From Octopus vulgaris (Eukaryota): DNA of 64,000 nt. Both the position numbers and the translations under genes were made by a program. Shown here in pieces: positions 44,064-57,195 of the stretch. The notes beneath the pieces are model-generated. The model saw only the letters and a program-made list of their open reading frames with translations. It searched no databases and was not told where the DNA came from. Numbering within the stretch: the stretch's first letter is position 1; each line of letters opens with the position of its first letter. The stretch lies in assembly GCA_951406725.2 (NCBI GenBank), contig OX597814.1, positions 29,078,001 to 29,142,000 of the forward strand, given 5' to 3'.

Positions 44064-44170
44064 GGACAGTGCATATTGTAATGTTATTGATAGATAAATG
44101 CCGATTTCTGTCTGCTTGTGTGGTTGGTTGTTACGTAGAGTACGTTGTTAAGAAACAACATTAATATCAT

Positions 44171-44379
44171 TCTCTTTTACTCTTTTATTTGTTTCAGTCA
44201 TTTGACGGCGGCCATGCTGGAGCACCACCTTTAGTCGAGCAAATCGATCCCAGGACTTATTCTTCGTAAGCCTAGTACTTATTCTGTCGGTCTCTTTTGC
44301 CGAACCGCTAAGTTGCGGGGACGTAAACACACCAGCATCGGTTGTCAAGCGATGTTGGGGGACAAACACAGACACACAA

Positions 44380-44432
<53 letters not shown>

Positions 44433-44595
44433 CGACGGGCTTATTTCCGTTTCCGTCTGCCAAATCCACTCACAAGGCATTGGTCGGCCCGAGGCTATAG
44501 CAGAAGACACTTGCCCAAGGTGCCACGCAGTGGGACTGAACCCGGAACCATGTGGTTCCTAAGCAAGCTACTTACCACACAGCCACTCCTGCACC
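44171..44595 (-). mobile_element. SINE family A
   Basis: Full-length reverse copy. Confidence 0.92.
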
Positions 44596-45223
44596 TATAT
44601 CAATATAAATTAAGAAGGTGTTCCTACATGTAAATAGTGTGACATTTGTGATGACAGTGCATTCATCTAAAAGCAGAACAGTTCTTCATGCAGCGCCTGT
44701 CAATTGGCTGAAGTGATATGAAAGGCCTCGTCATTCATGGTATATTCATGAATAAGTCACTAACCGAAATAAGTGGATCTATTGTTTAGGAAAATACTAT
44801 TTACTTGTTTACGGGTTGTACTGAGTAAATTGCGAAAATAACTCTAACAGTTCAAATTCTAAGAAATAAACATATTCAGCTTGATTTATACCAAATAAAA
44901 TCACTGACCTTGTCTGATAATTTCTTGTAGAAAGTCCACGTAATCTAGAATGTTTGTTTAATAAATCGAGATGTATTTAAGATACATTTTTCATTTATAG
45001 GAAAATGAATGGGTTATTTCCCTTGGCATGTAATGGCTATATATGTGGATCCCTTCTAGAGGCCGTAGCCATCCAATTATAGATTTTTTATGAAACTTCA
45101 ATGTGCCAAGTAACAAACTGGATGCTACTTTAGCATTCTTGCAAATTTTCACGAAAATTCGTTAACATGTGTAGACGGCAACTTGACACAGACAAACAGA
45201 CAACTTGCATTTATATACGAATA

Positions 45224-45738
<515 letters not shown>

Positions 45739-45768
45739 ATATAATCAACAAGGATATCCAGAGTTAAT

Positions 45769-45853
45769 GCAGTACGATCGTTTCATGCGACTCCATTTAA
45801 TTAAATAATGCAAGTATTACATCAGTTTAAAATGTAGAGCAATCTTCAGCTGC
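45769..45853 (-). ncRNA. Type-I hammerhead motif (inverted copy)
   Basis: Minus strand: gcag CTGAAGA t tgc...gca t GAAA cgatc GTA ctgc. Confidence 0.7.
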
Positions 45854-46058
45854 ATACAAATATAGAATTTAGTCAAACTTAAAAGATTTATTTTCATAGT
45901 TATTCCATTAACCAACATCACAAAGTAGTAACTACCATGTTCTTCTTGATGAAACTTGTTTCTCTGTCTACCTACTTACCCTCTTGATGTTGGTTAATGG
46001 AATAACAATGAAAATGAATCTTTTATGTTTAACTAAATTCTATATTCTATATTTGTAC

Positions 46059-46143
46059 GCAGCTGAAGATTGCTCTGCGTTTTTAATTGATGTAATACTT
46101 GCATTGTTTAATCAAATGGAGTCGCATGAAACGATCGTACTGC
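46059..46143 (+). ncRNA. Type-I hammerhead motif with a long stem II
   Basis: gcag CTGAAGA t tgctctg...tggagtcgca t GAAA cgatc GTA ctgc; palindromic stem III ACGATCGT. Confidence 0.72.
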
Positions 46144-46263
46144 ATTACCTCTGGATATCCTTGTTGCTTATTTTGATTATAATCACCCCATTTTGAATAA
46201 TATTGATAATATCATACTAAATTCTGGTGCCTTTAACTTAAGTACCATATTCAACTGAATCTA

Positions 46264-46300
<37 letters not shown>

Positions 46301-46329
46301 ATATATATATATATATATATATATCTATC

Positions 46330-46384
<55 letters not shown>

Positions 46385-46454
46385 ATTTTCCTGAGCGCCT
46401 AATAATAATAATATATATTGTTCCACGTGTTGTTGTTTTTTCTGTTTTCCCGTT

Positions 46455-46488
<34 letters not shown>

Positions 46489-46901
46489 AGAATTCACAAA
46501 AGAAAACAAAAAATGAAGACAGGTAGTGTAGACAACAAGCAGTTTAACGCTCGGGAAGGAACACAGAAAGAAACAAGGAGAGAAAATAAAGAAAATAAAT
46601 GTGTAGTGACTATATATATATATATACTTTGATTCTTTGTTAGGTTTCGGCCAGTATCGGCCCAGGCCATGACTAACTTAATAGCACCCCCTGGCAAAGT
46701 CATTTAAATCAGGAATCAGACAACATGGCCCACTCAATTAGAGAGATATTGTTTACGGAGACATATCCGTGTGTAGGAGTTTTCATTGGTTTTTTTGAAG
46801 GAATTTGTCCAAAGACTTATTGAACTTTATAGATCTGTCTCTACTTTAATGTGTTTTGGTGTAATGATACACAGAGTCATTTTAACGAGTTTTTTTTTTA
46901 T

Positions 46902-47001
46902 CACCCGACAAGATATGTCTGCACCACCGGGTAGTCCTGAACCAGTTTTTGTGTGTCCCACAAGAGGAGTCGATGCTAGATATGTCGAAATAATTGTTGT
47001 G
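46902..47001 (+). ncRNA. Degenerate, probably dead hammerhead relic
   Basis: cac CCGACAA gatatgtctgca...tgctagatatgtc GAAA taattGTT gtg; two core mutations relative to CTGACGA. Confidence 0.45.
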
Positions 47002-47264
47002 GTTAATAATATATTCTCGTATATTCCATCTTCTGTCTTTCATTCGTTATATATATATATATATATATATTACATTATATAAAAGGGCTTAGTAAAATAA
47101 ATTACTTTGCCACATACTGAACTCATTAGAAATAGTAGCCAAAAAAAACTTTTTTAAAACTATTTCTAATACTTAAAGAAAATCTCTCTCATATAGTGTT
47201 TGCTCAATTCAACTCACGAAAGTATGGGGGTAACGACATTAAAAAATCAAATGCAAAGGTTATT

Positions 47265-47316
47265 TGAGAACGTACGTTTCAAGATTAGTCAACTCGACAT
47301 TTCTATCATCAGCTCA
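47265..47316 (-). ncRNA. Type-I hammerhead ribozyme
   Basis: Minus strand: tgag CTGATGA t aga aatgtcgagttgactaa tct t GAAA cgtac GTT ctca; palindromic stem III ACGTACGT. Confidence 0.8.
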
Positions 47317-47540
47317 GAACTCCTTGGTTTGGATTTGAAAACACTGAAAGTGGGAGCATACCCTTTCGGCTTCTTATCGCTTCTGAAGATCTGCTCGAAA
47401 CTAACAGTGCCAGCAAACCCAAAATATGCAAGCGAAGAATTTCTGCTCTCCCCTTTCCACCAGCGTGGGTTAAAATCAGTAAACACTATGCTTTTTCGGT
47501 AAAATCCGAAGCATTAAATAGAGAAAGATGAATTATAATT

Positions 47541-47701
47541 TCAACAATTGAGGGTAAAATTAATTAATTATTAATCAATTTCACCAAGTATTCAGTATGT
47601 AAAGGGACCATTTAAGGCGAATTCGCCTTAAATGGTCCCTTTACATACTGAATACTTGGTGAAATTGATTAATAATTAATTAATTTTACCCTCAATTGTT
47701 G

Positions 47702-47702
<1 letters not shown>
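47541..47702. repeat. Perfect 162-bp loopless palindrome centred on GAATTC
   Basis: Arms compared by eye with no mismatch found; abuts (TA)n. Confidence 0.92.
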
Positions 47703-47777
<75 letters not shown>

Positions 47778-47800
47778 TATATACACACACACATATATAT

Positions 47801-47879
<79 letters not shown>

Positions 47880-48142
47880 CATATATACATATATATATAC
47901 ATACAAATAATACAAATATGGACATCTATGTGTGTATACATCTGAAGGCGTTGAAATGTCATTACAGCCGTTCCGAGATTTGCATTATGAGTTCAAATTC
48001 CATCGTGGCCAAATTTTACTGTCATCCTTTCGGTATCGATATACATGTGTGTGTGTGTGTAGATAAAGTAGATAAAGGCAAAGAAATAGATAGACAGATA
48101 GATAGATAGATACATACATACATACATACATACATACATACA

Positions 48143-48176
<34 letters not shown>

Positions 48177-48206
48177 CATACATGTAAACACATATAATAT
48201 ATTTGT

Positions 48207-48270
<64 letters not shown>

Positions 48271-49340
48271 TTATACATACATTCATATCACTATACGTAT
48301 ATATTATGTATGTATACACACACACACGCACAAATATGTGTGTGTTTGTGCGTATTTATATATCATGTCTCTCTAAACGTGCCTGTATGTGTGTAGGTAT
48401 GATATATTTTTATGTGCATATTTAAGCATACATGCATACATACATGTATAAATACACACATATACATATGTGTATGCGTGTGCGTTTATATAGGTATATA
48501 TATTTCTAGAGAGAAGGAGAGAGAGAGAGATTGAGAGATTTTTGCTTGTTGGTCTGTGTTCGTATTTATGTATGTATGTATGTATGTACGTGTATGCATC
48601 GATATAAGTGTCCTTGTGTTTAAGTGTGTGCATTTGCACGTTTGTGTGTGTGTGTGTGTGAAGGGCGTGCGCGCGCGTGTCTCATTTGTAGACTATCGCA
48701 AGTCTGCGCCGCATCACACACCCAGCCAGTGTCTACCGTGTCTCTGTGACAGTGACAATGTTAGCGGTTGTGACAAAGGAATCGAAATATAGTCGGGGAC
48801 CGAATTCTTCAAATTGCTCGACGGCATTTCCACATGAGTACAAAAGAGCGTGTATGTTTGTGCGCGTATATTTCTGCGTGTGCGTGTTTGCGTGCGTGCG
48901 TGCGTGCGTGCGTGCATGTTTGAATGAGTGTTCTTGTTAGTGTGATTAGGGTACAGAATTGTGCTTGTGTTATAAGATTGAAGCGTGTTTTTAGAAAGCT
49001 TTAGGTGTATATGGGAGCTGTATGTGTGTGTGTATACATGTTTGTTGGGGGTTTGGGGGGTAAGTGTACGTGTACGTGTGTGCGTGTGTGGGTGAATGCA
49101 TGTGTTGCTGTGTATATGTGTATGTGGGTGTTTATATATGTGCTGTTTATGTACGTGTGTGTGTGTGTATGTGTGTGTGTGTTGTACGTGTGTTGTGCAT
49201 GTGCGTGTGTGTGAGTGTGTGTGTTTTGTGTGTGTGTGTGTGTGTGTGGACAGTAGCTTGACAATACTTCTGTTCCTGGTGAGTCGTCTGGAATGTTCGC
49301 TCCCCTACTACCGTCCTTAACACCCATTCAACCGCCACGG

Positions 49341-49498
49341 TGAAGAAGAAGAAGAAGAAGAAGAAGAAGAAGAAGAAGAAGAAGAAGAAGAAAATGATGA
49401 AAAAGAAGAAGAAGCTGGAGAAGAAGAAGAAGCTGAAGAAGAAGAAGGAGGAGGAGGAGGAGGAGGAGGAGCTGCTGGAGAAGAGAGAGATAAAAGAA

Positions 49499-49572
<74 letters not shown>

Positions 49573-49605
49573 GGATGGATGGATGGATGGATGGATAGAT
49601 AGATG

Positions 49606-49674
<69 letters not shown>

Positions 49675-49710
49675 AGAGGCAGATAGATAGATAGATGGAT
49701 GGATGGATAG
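49341..49710. repeat. (GAA)n/(GGA)n and (GATA)n/(GATG)n microsatellites
   Basis: Seen directly. Confidence 0.97.
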
Positions 49711-50203
49711 ATATTAAGAAAAGAACGAACGAAAACAAGTGAAATAAAAAGGGACAGAAGGAGATGAGAGACGAGGGAAGACAGAGAAAAAAAAATGAGT
49801 GAGCAAAGAGGGCGACAAAGAAAGTAACAAGCGGAGAGCAGAGAGAGGGGGGGAGAGTGGGGGATGGGAGAGTGGGGAGGGAGAGAGTACGGAATATAAA
49901 GGACGGAGAGGACTGAAATGAGTCAGATAGTATATTGTGAGAGAAGATGATGCTAGGAACGCGAACGTAGGTGTTCGACTTTAAGTCGGTGGTTGAGTCG
50001 TCGAAAAGCGGGCATACACATGCGCCAGAGGATGAAGAAAACAATAGGGAAGGACGCCATCGTTGTTTGAACGAAAGGAGTACGTTGCGGAGGGTGAGGG
50101 TGAGGGTGAGGGTTGTGTGGGTCTTGGGATTGCGATTGGATTGGGGTTAGGGTTAGGGTTGGGGTTTGTTGGAAGTGGTTGTTGTTGAAAGTGATAACGA
50201 CAA

Positions 50204-50286
<83 letters not shown>

Positions 50287-50319
50287 ATGTATATATATAT
50301 ATATATGTGTATATATATG

Positions 50320-50350
<31 letters not shown>

Positions 50351-51423
50351 GTGTGTGTGTGTATAAAGAAAAAAGTGGGTGAAAAAATTTAATAAATCGT
50401 GACAAATAATAAAATTGAGAGAAATTAAGAGAATGAGTAATGGGGAAGAGAGAGAGAGGGGGGAAACAGATAGACAGACAGGGAGGGAGGGAGGGAGGGA
50501 GAAAGGGATGGGGAGGGAGGGAGAAAGGGAGGGGAGGGAGAGAAAGAGACGGAAAGGGTGTATGGTGAAGAAGACGATATGTTGAAGTTTCGGGGAAAAT
50601 GAATGAGATTTTGGAAGGGAAGTTGGAAAAGTACGTGAAATAGAGATATGAAGAGGACGAAAGAGAAAAGATGGTAAACTAAAAAGAATTTCGTTGAGAG
50701 AGAGAGAGAGAGAGAGGGGGAGGGAGAGGGAGGGAAAGAGAGAGATAAACAAAAAAAAAAATAGACGGAGAAACTGATAGAGTATAAGAAAGTGAGGAAG
50801 AAAGAGAAAAGCAGAAAATAGTTTTAAGATGGGAGAGAGTTGGTAAGAGAGACGGAAATATTCAGAGGGAATGACATGTTGAGACAAAAGTAAGAAGAGA
50901 TCAAGGAAGAGAGAGAGAGAGAGAGAGAGAATGGGGTGAGAGAGTGTGTGCGCCAAAGGGAAAGATGGTGAAAGAAAGACTGAAAGATAAAGAGAGAGAA
51001 GGAAAGGGAGTACGGGAGATAAGGAGAGCGAGGCGGGGGAGACAGACAGATAGACAGACAGACAGACAAAAAAGAAAAGAATGTTAGTCAGAAAACATTA
51101 TCATATCGTCTCCCCCTTCTTAACAATTTACTCATCCCAATCTTATGACACAGATAGTTGCCAATATGAAGCCTGTTTTCAAGCCTATGGTTTAACTTAA
51201 ATGGACGCTTTTGTATTATTTGTTTTACTATTTTTCGTCTCTAAATTGTATCGCTTCTTGGTAATGTCGTCCCTTATCGTGAATTCAGTTAGGCGGGTAG
51301 ACAGGGTAGAGAACCAAATTAAATGTCCCAATGATATTCATCTCGCACATTCGTGCTTGAGGAGTTCCGAATCCCATTGGGATCGCCTTCGGTCTTTCAT
51401 AACTCCGGGGTCGATAAAACAAG

Positions 51424-51566
51424 TCATTTGACTGAGGCCATGGCAGGAGCACCACCTTTTGTCGAACAATTCGACACCAGGACTTATTTTTTGTAAGCCT
51501 AGTACTTATTCTATCGGGTCAAGCGATGGTTGGGGAACAATTGCAGATACACAAACACACACACAC

Positions 51567-51638
<72 letters not shown>

Positions 51639-51800
51639 GACGGGTTTCTTTCAGTTTCCGTCTACCAAACCCACTCACAAGACTTTGGTTGGCCCGAGGC
51701 TATAGTAGAAGTCACTCACCCAAGGTGCCACGCATAGGGGCTGATCCCGGAACAATGTGGTTGGGAAACAAGTGTCTTACCTCACAGCCACGCCTGCGCC
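51424..51800 (-). mobile_element. Diverged SINE family A
   Basis: Matches family A with deletions. Confidence 0.85.
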
Positions 51801-51853
51801 TATGTATAAGTATAATACTAACCTACCCAATTTTGATCTTGTTTTATATTAAA

Positions 51854-52875
51854 CTAGCAGTATCGCCCGGCGTTGCTCGGGTTTGTAAGGGAGATAACTA
51901 TATAAGCAGTTTTAGAGAGTTACTTCCCTTATAGATGCCGATTCGGGCTTTCTTAGCCATTTCTGTTTTGGTGTCTTCAAGCCATGAAGTCGTTGTTCTA
52001 AAAGAACACTTGTCTCCTTGACAACGCATTACGACGTTGATTTCCTTACACTCCCTTCCCCACAGCTTCACGAGGGAGGGAAGAAGGGGGAGAAGCAAAC
52101 AGGTGCAGGTGTGACCATGGACGCCAACTCCGCCGCCATCGACACACGAAAAATTATGCATTAAAATGGAATAAAAAATGATGTTAAATTATTTTTTAAA
52201 TTATTGACTCATCGTAGACGCGCGCTAATAGCCAGACGGGCTCGATATGAATAACGACTATAAGATACCCGAATTTGGTTAAACTGCACCGCAAAATGTG
52301 GGAGTAGTTAGGAATCTAATTCGAAGGGGACAGACACTCACACAACTACAGTTTATATATATACTAGCAGTATCGCCCGGCGTTGCTCGGGTTTGTAAGG
52401 GAAATAACTATATAAGCAGTTTTAGAGCGTTACTTCCCTTATAGATGCCGATTCGGGCTTTCTTAGCCATTTCTGTTTTGGTGTCTTCAAGCCATGAAGT
52501 CGTTGTTCTAAAAGAACGCTGGTTTCCTTCACAACGCATTACGACATTGATTTCTTTACACTCCCTTCCCCACAGCTTCACGAGGGAGGGAAGGGGGAGA
52601 AGCAAACAGGTGCAGCTGTGAGCGTGGACGCCAACTCCGCCGCCATCGACATACGATGCATTTTATGCATTAAAATGGAATAAAAAATGATGTTAAATTA
52701 TTTTTAAAATCGTAGACTCATCGTTGACGCGCGCTAATAGTCAGACGGGCTCGAAATGAATCACGACTATAAGATACCCGAATTTGGTTAAACTGCACCG
52801 CAAAATGTGGGAGGAGTTAGGAATCTAAATCGAAGGGGACAGACACTCACACAACTAGAGTTTTATATATATAGA
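51854..52875 (-). mobile_element. Tandem pair of Helitron H1 variants (51854-52360 and 52364-52875) sharing an extra internal segment of about 220 bp
   Basis: Both begin ctagcagtatcgcccggcgttgctcggg; the internal atagatgccgattcggg...gccgccatcgac is absent from the other three copies. Confidence 0.9.
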
Positions 52876-53009
52876 TATATATTTCTCGCATTACACACAC
52901 ACAAGTAACTATTGTACATCACTAACGTTCCTTAGACAAACATAAACTTCATGTTAGCCATCTGCAATGAAACTGAGTTCTTATACATATGTAATATTGT
53001 TCTTCCTGT

Positions 53010-53392
53010 GGAGGCGCAATGGCCCAGTGGTTAGGGCTGCGGACTCGCGGTCATAGGATCGCGGTTTCGATTCCCAGACCGGGCGTTGTGAGTGTTTATT
53101 GAGCGAAAACACTTAATAGCTCCACGAGTCTCCGGCAGGGGATGGTGGTGATCCCTGCTGTACTCTTTCACCACAACTTTCTCTCACTCTTACTTCCTGT
53201 TTCTGTTCTATCTGTATTTCAAAGGGCCGGCCTTGTCACTCTCTGTGTCACGCTGAATATCTCTGAGAACTACGTTAAGGGTACACGTGTCTGTGGAGTG
53301 CTCAGCCACTTACACGTTAATTTCACGAGCAGGCTGTTCCGTTGATTCGGATCAACCGGAACCCTCGTCGTCGTAACCGACAGAGTGCTTCC
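53010..53392 (+). mobile_element. SINE family C
   Basis: TSD attgttcttcc. Confidence 0.92.
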
Positions 53393-53554
53393 ATTGTTCT
53401 TCCAAAATCTGAGTAATCGATCCCAATGCCCGGTTCCTATTTATGCTTACAGCCATCTGACTTTTGTAAGAATGCCAGAATACCCCATTTTAGTTGCCCA
53501 ATAAATCTGAAGCTTTGAATCTAAAGAATTCATTGTTTGCAAAGAAATAGACGT

Positions 53555-53870
53555 GGAGGCGTATGGCCCAGTGTTTAGAGCAGCGGACTTGCGGTCGAGG
53601 GATCGCGGGTTCGAATCTCTGACCGGGCGGCGTGTGCGTTTATGAGCGCAACACCTAAGCTCCACGCGACTCCAGCAGAAAGTAATGGCAAACTCCGACA
53701 GAAGGTAATACTGATTCCTTCGCCACAACTTTCTCTCACTCTCACTGCATCTAGCAGCTCACCTGCGACGGGCCGGCGTCTCGTCCAGGTGGGGAACCTA
53801 TACGCCAATGAAACCGGGAAACCAGCCCTTATGAGCCAGGCATGGCTCGAGAAAGAACAAACAACAGCAA
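53555..53870 (+). mobile_element. SINE with a C-like head and a V-domain-like body
   Basis: cctgcgacgggccggcgtctcgtccagg resembles the V-SINE motif; (AAC)-type tail. Confidence 0.7.
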
Positions 53871-54174
53871 CAAAGAAACAGACGGTAAAGTTCTGGAGAA
53901 CATTTCAATATGTTTAGCTTGCAAGAAATATTAGAAACGCAGGAAGACATTTTTTCAGCAAAAAAAAAAAAAAAAATCTGTGGTGCAGACAGACTACCAC
54001 GAACCGAACCCACGGCTGAAAACGAGTGGCATAACTTCAAGCATCTCACGCAAGAAGTAGCAATTTAAGTATTCAGGATTCTTAGGAGTAATCGATAGGT
54101 TTGAAGACCGGATCGAACTATTGAATTCATTAGGAGATTTAATTATCTTCGAAATAATAACGCCGCTAGCTGAC

Positions 54175-55520
54175 AACTTCCTTCAAAGTTGTCTTCGTCT
54201 TCCATAGGTCTTCAAGAATTTCATCGACGCATGCTTTGGTGAATTTATAGGTTGTCCTTGTGGAACGATATTTCACTATTAGGCATTGAGTATGCTGACG
54301 ACCTTACGATCATTGGTGGCAACAAAATGGATGTTGACCGCGAAGGGCTGCCAATCAACAAGTGAAAGGATCTTCGATGCTGAAACTGTGGTTATTTGGA
54401 ACCTAGAGAATCGTCTCAGTCGATGGTCTGACCATTTCACGAAACAATTGAAGCATAGTTCACCTGCTATTCGGCCTTCTATAGATTCTGTAGATACCCT
54501 TTCCTACACATACAATCTTGAAGAAGTGTGTAAAGCTATTCTCAAATGGATTGGTAACTCTGTACAGCTTCTCAGTTGTACAGTACGGTCTCTTGATTCT
54601 GGGACGCGAAACCAGTTCTACAATACTATACAGACGTAGTTCTTTTCAGTAGGCGCTCTTACAGCAACAGCTGAAGCATCAATTTGATAGGCATTGTGGC
54701 CAAAATATTCGCTGCCATTTTAGTACAAAGATATCAACACAAGCATGATGAATACGCACGATCAAATTTGTGTAGTTCAATACAATCAAAGCTTTGCAGA
54801 GAAAATTTTGTCTTTGAGAATAATATTGGAACTACCATCACTTGCTTTGTGGAATTTGTCACAGTCTTTGTTTCTATCAATCGCAACGCATTCTGAGGTA
54901 TTATAATCGCAGATCAATTACCTGTAGTTGATGAGTCAAATTAGAATATATTATGCACAAAGATTCGCTGTTATGACGTGGAACTCGAATGTTTCAAAAT
55001 TCTTTCGAAGATTCCTTCAAAGTTGTGTTCGTCTTCCATTGTTCTTCGACGCATGTTTTGGCGAATTTATAGGTTGTCCTTGTGGAACGATGTTTCACCA
55101 TTAGACACTGAGTATGCTAACGACCTTACTATCATTGGTGACAACAAAATGGATGGCTAATTAGACGATGTGTATTTGTCGCATGTTATAGCATGCAAGT
55201 CTACGCAGCATAAACAAAGATTGCATCTGCTGGTATCGCGTCTTCAGAAAGTGTCAATCATATTTCATGACAAGATTACTGGAAGGAGTCAAAAATCAAT
55301 TTAAGTACTATGGGGCTATTTTCACGGGCCCAGAATAAAGATGTTTGCAATGTCGTATTCAAAACCTCCTTTGATGTAGATAGGAAATCCGTGTATTCCC
55401 CCAAAAATCGCATCTACCGACCAATCATTTGCATCATTCTATGAAACATGACCAATGAGAGCGGCGGACGTATGCGAGCTGGAACTGTTTTACCATTTTC
55501 TCCGAATCTTTGTGTTTGCA
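54175..55520 (+). pseudogene. Decayed RTE-like LINE reverse transcriptase
   Basis: LSRWSDHFTKQL, LIGIVAKIFAAILVQR, TCFVEF..F.SINR, EYADDL / EYANDL, ETWP-like remnant. Confidence 0.75.
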
Positions 55521-56890
55521 ATCCGGATTTTATCAAACTCCGAAGTTCGTCGTCGCTGTTGGATCGATTCCTTTAAACAACTCTTGCTCAAAATATATCT
55601 CTGTTAGCATAGTTACCCACTCCGTTTTCAGTTGGTCGAGCTCATCCGTAACACAATCGTATCAAAACTTCCTCTATGAGTATTCAGTCCAGTTATATTC
55701 ATTATATCCCTAACCATTCTAGAAAGTCCTTACTCTTGAATAACGATATCATCTTTATTAACTGTGAATATTTCCCTTTGCGTATTTTCAGAAGTTAGGA
55801 TAAATATACTGAAAACAACACTGGTTCATTACCATTAAATTATTTGTATCAGGAAATTAGTTCCCTGGAAATACAAATCCTGAAACATGGTTAACGTTTC
55901 TGCAGCACCCTCACGCGGAAATTAAATTTGGATGTACAGAGCGTTTTAATAGACTACAAAAATCCACTTATTTCTGAAAAGTGTCCTTACCTTATCAATA
56001 TCATTACTGCTTTGTAACCCCGCATGTTTCCTATAACCACTGGTTTACAATAGACGTAACTGTCAAGATTGATCTGCCGCTAACAACTCCGGCTCACACG
56101 ATGAACTATGGACTGTGTACATTATTCGCAAATACTTGAATATTGGCAGAAACATAAGCACAAATATGAGTACATCTTAAAAGGAGATAAATGAAATCTG
56201 TGGAGCAACAGAAAGCAGTAAATAATTATCATGTGAAGTTTCCTAGACCTGGTTACAACCTAGTATACTTATAGCTGATATCTAATAAATGTTGTTGACT
56301 GAACATTATACTATCTTGAACAGGGGATTTCTGCTATCGTTTTTACGTTAATCGACCATGCAAAATAAAATCCATTGCTGCTCCAGTTAGTAGATCTTCC
56401 AACTATGAAATTGAAGTTATTCATCAGATAAAAGTCAAATAACGGACAACCTAATGAAATGAAATTCTCCATAGAAGAACTAAAGCGCAGAGCAACTAAC
56501 TGGCCTTAAGATGAACGCAGTCATTCATAATGATAAAATCGCTTAAATCAGTTTATAGATGTCGTCATATTGTAGCTTTACCATAACAATACATCGGGCT
56601 ACAGTAAATATCGTAGCTTGTATCAATTTAAAGGGTTAATTGATCCCCTCTCCCACCGGAAATTTTGTAGAACTGTTGCTAGTTTTGAAGTAAAACAACT
56701 ACCTCAAGGAAAGGAAGGTTCTTGATGGTTCAATCAGAGAAGGAAAAGTTAACGCCCATGACCTTTGCAGGAGCTTCCGAAACTGGTAAAATAAAATATA
56801 AAATTTCGCCTCTGATCTATATTCATAGACAAATTATTATCAGAGTATTAATCCGTTCTAATATAACACAATGATATTATGAATATCAGT

Positions 56891-57195
56891 GTGATCACCG
56901 TGACCGACCAGGCCATCAGATGTTGTTACACATCGCTGGTCACAGTGCGCTTCGCATTGTTTTAGCCTTCAAATGACGCCACCCCGCTGGCTAAGCGAGC
57001 AGGCCAACAGAAGAAAGAGTGAGAGAAAGTTGTGGCGAAAGAGTACAGCAGGGATCGCCACCACCCCCCGCCGGAGCCTCGTGGAGCTTTAGGTGTTTTC
57101 GCTCAATAAACACTCACAACGCCCGGTCTGGGAATCGAAACCGCGATCCTACGAACGCGAGTCCGCTGCCCTAACCACTAGGTCATTGCGCCTCC
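56891..57195 (-). mobile_element. SINE subfamily C2
   Basis: TSD attatgaatat. Confidence 0.92.

Larger units (their letters stand above)
45746..46270 (+). mobile_element. Penelope-like element with a 5'-inverted pLTR (arms 45746-45920 and 45985-46166)
   Basis: Diverged inverted repeat of about 175 bp, each arm carrying a hammerhead motif; microsatellite on both sides. Confidence 0.75.

Noticed and set aside
47342-47412. Twister ribozyme or second hammerhead (ctgaagatctgctcgaaactaacagtgcc)
   Set aside because: It lacks the twister P4 and pseudoknot elements; as a hammerhead, stem II does not pair and G follows GU at the cleavage position.
47200-47502. 100-aa non-repetitive ORF
   Set aside because: No recognisable domain; it overlaps a hammerhead-bearing repeat on the opposite strand.
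50143-50164. Interstitial telomere
   Set aside because: Only two or three TTAGGG-like units; kept only as a G4 motif.
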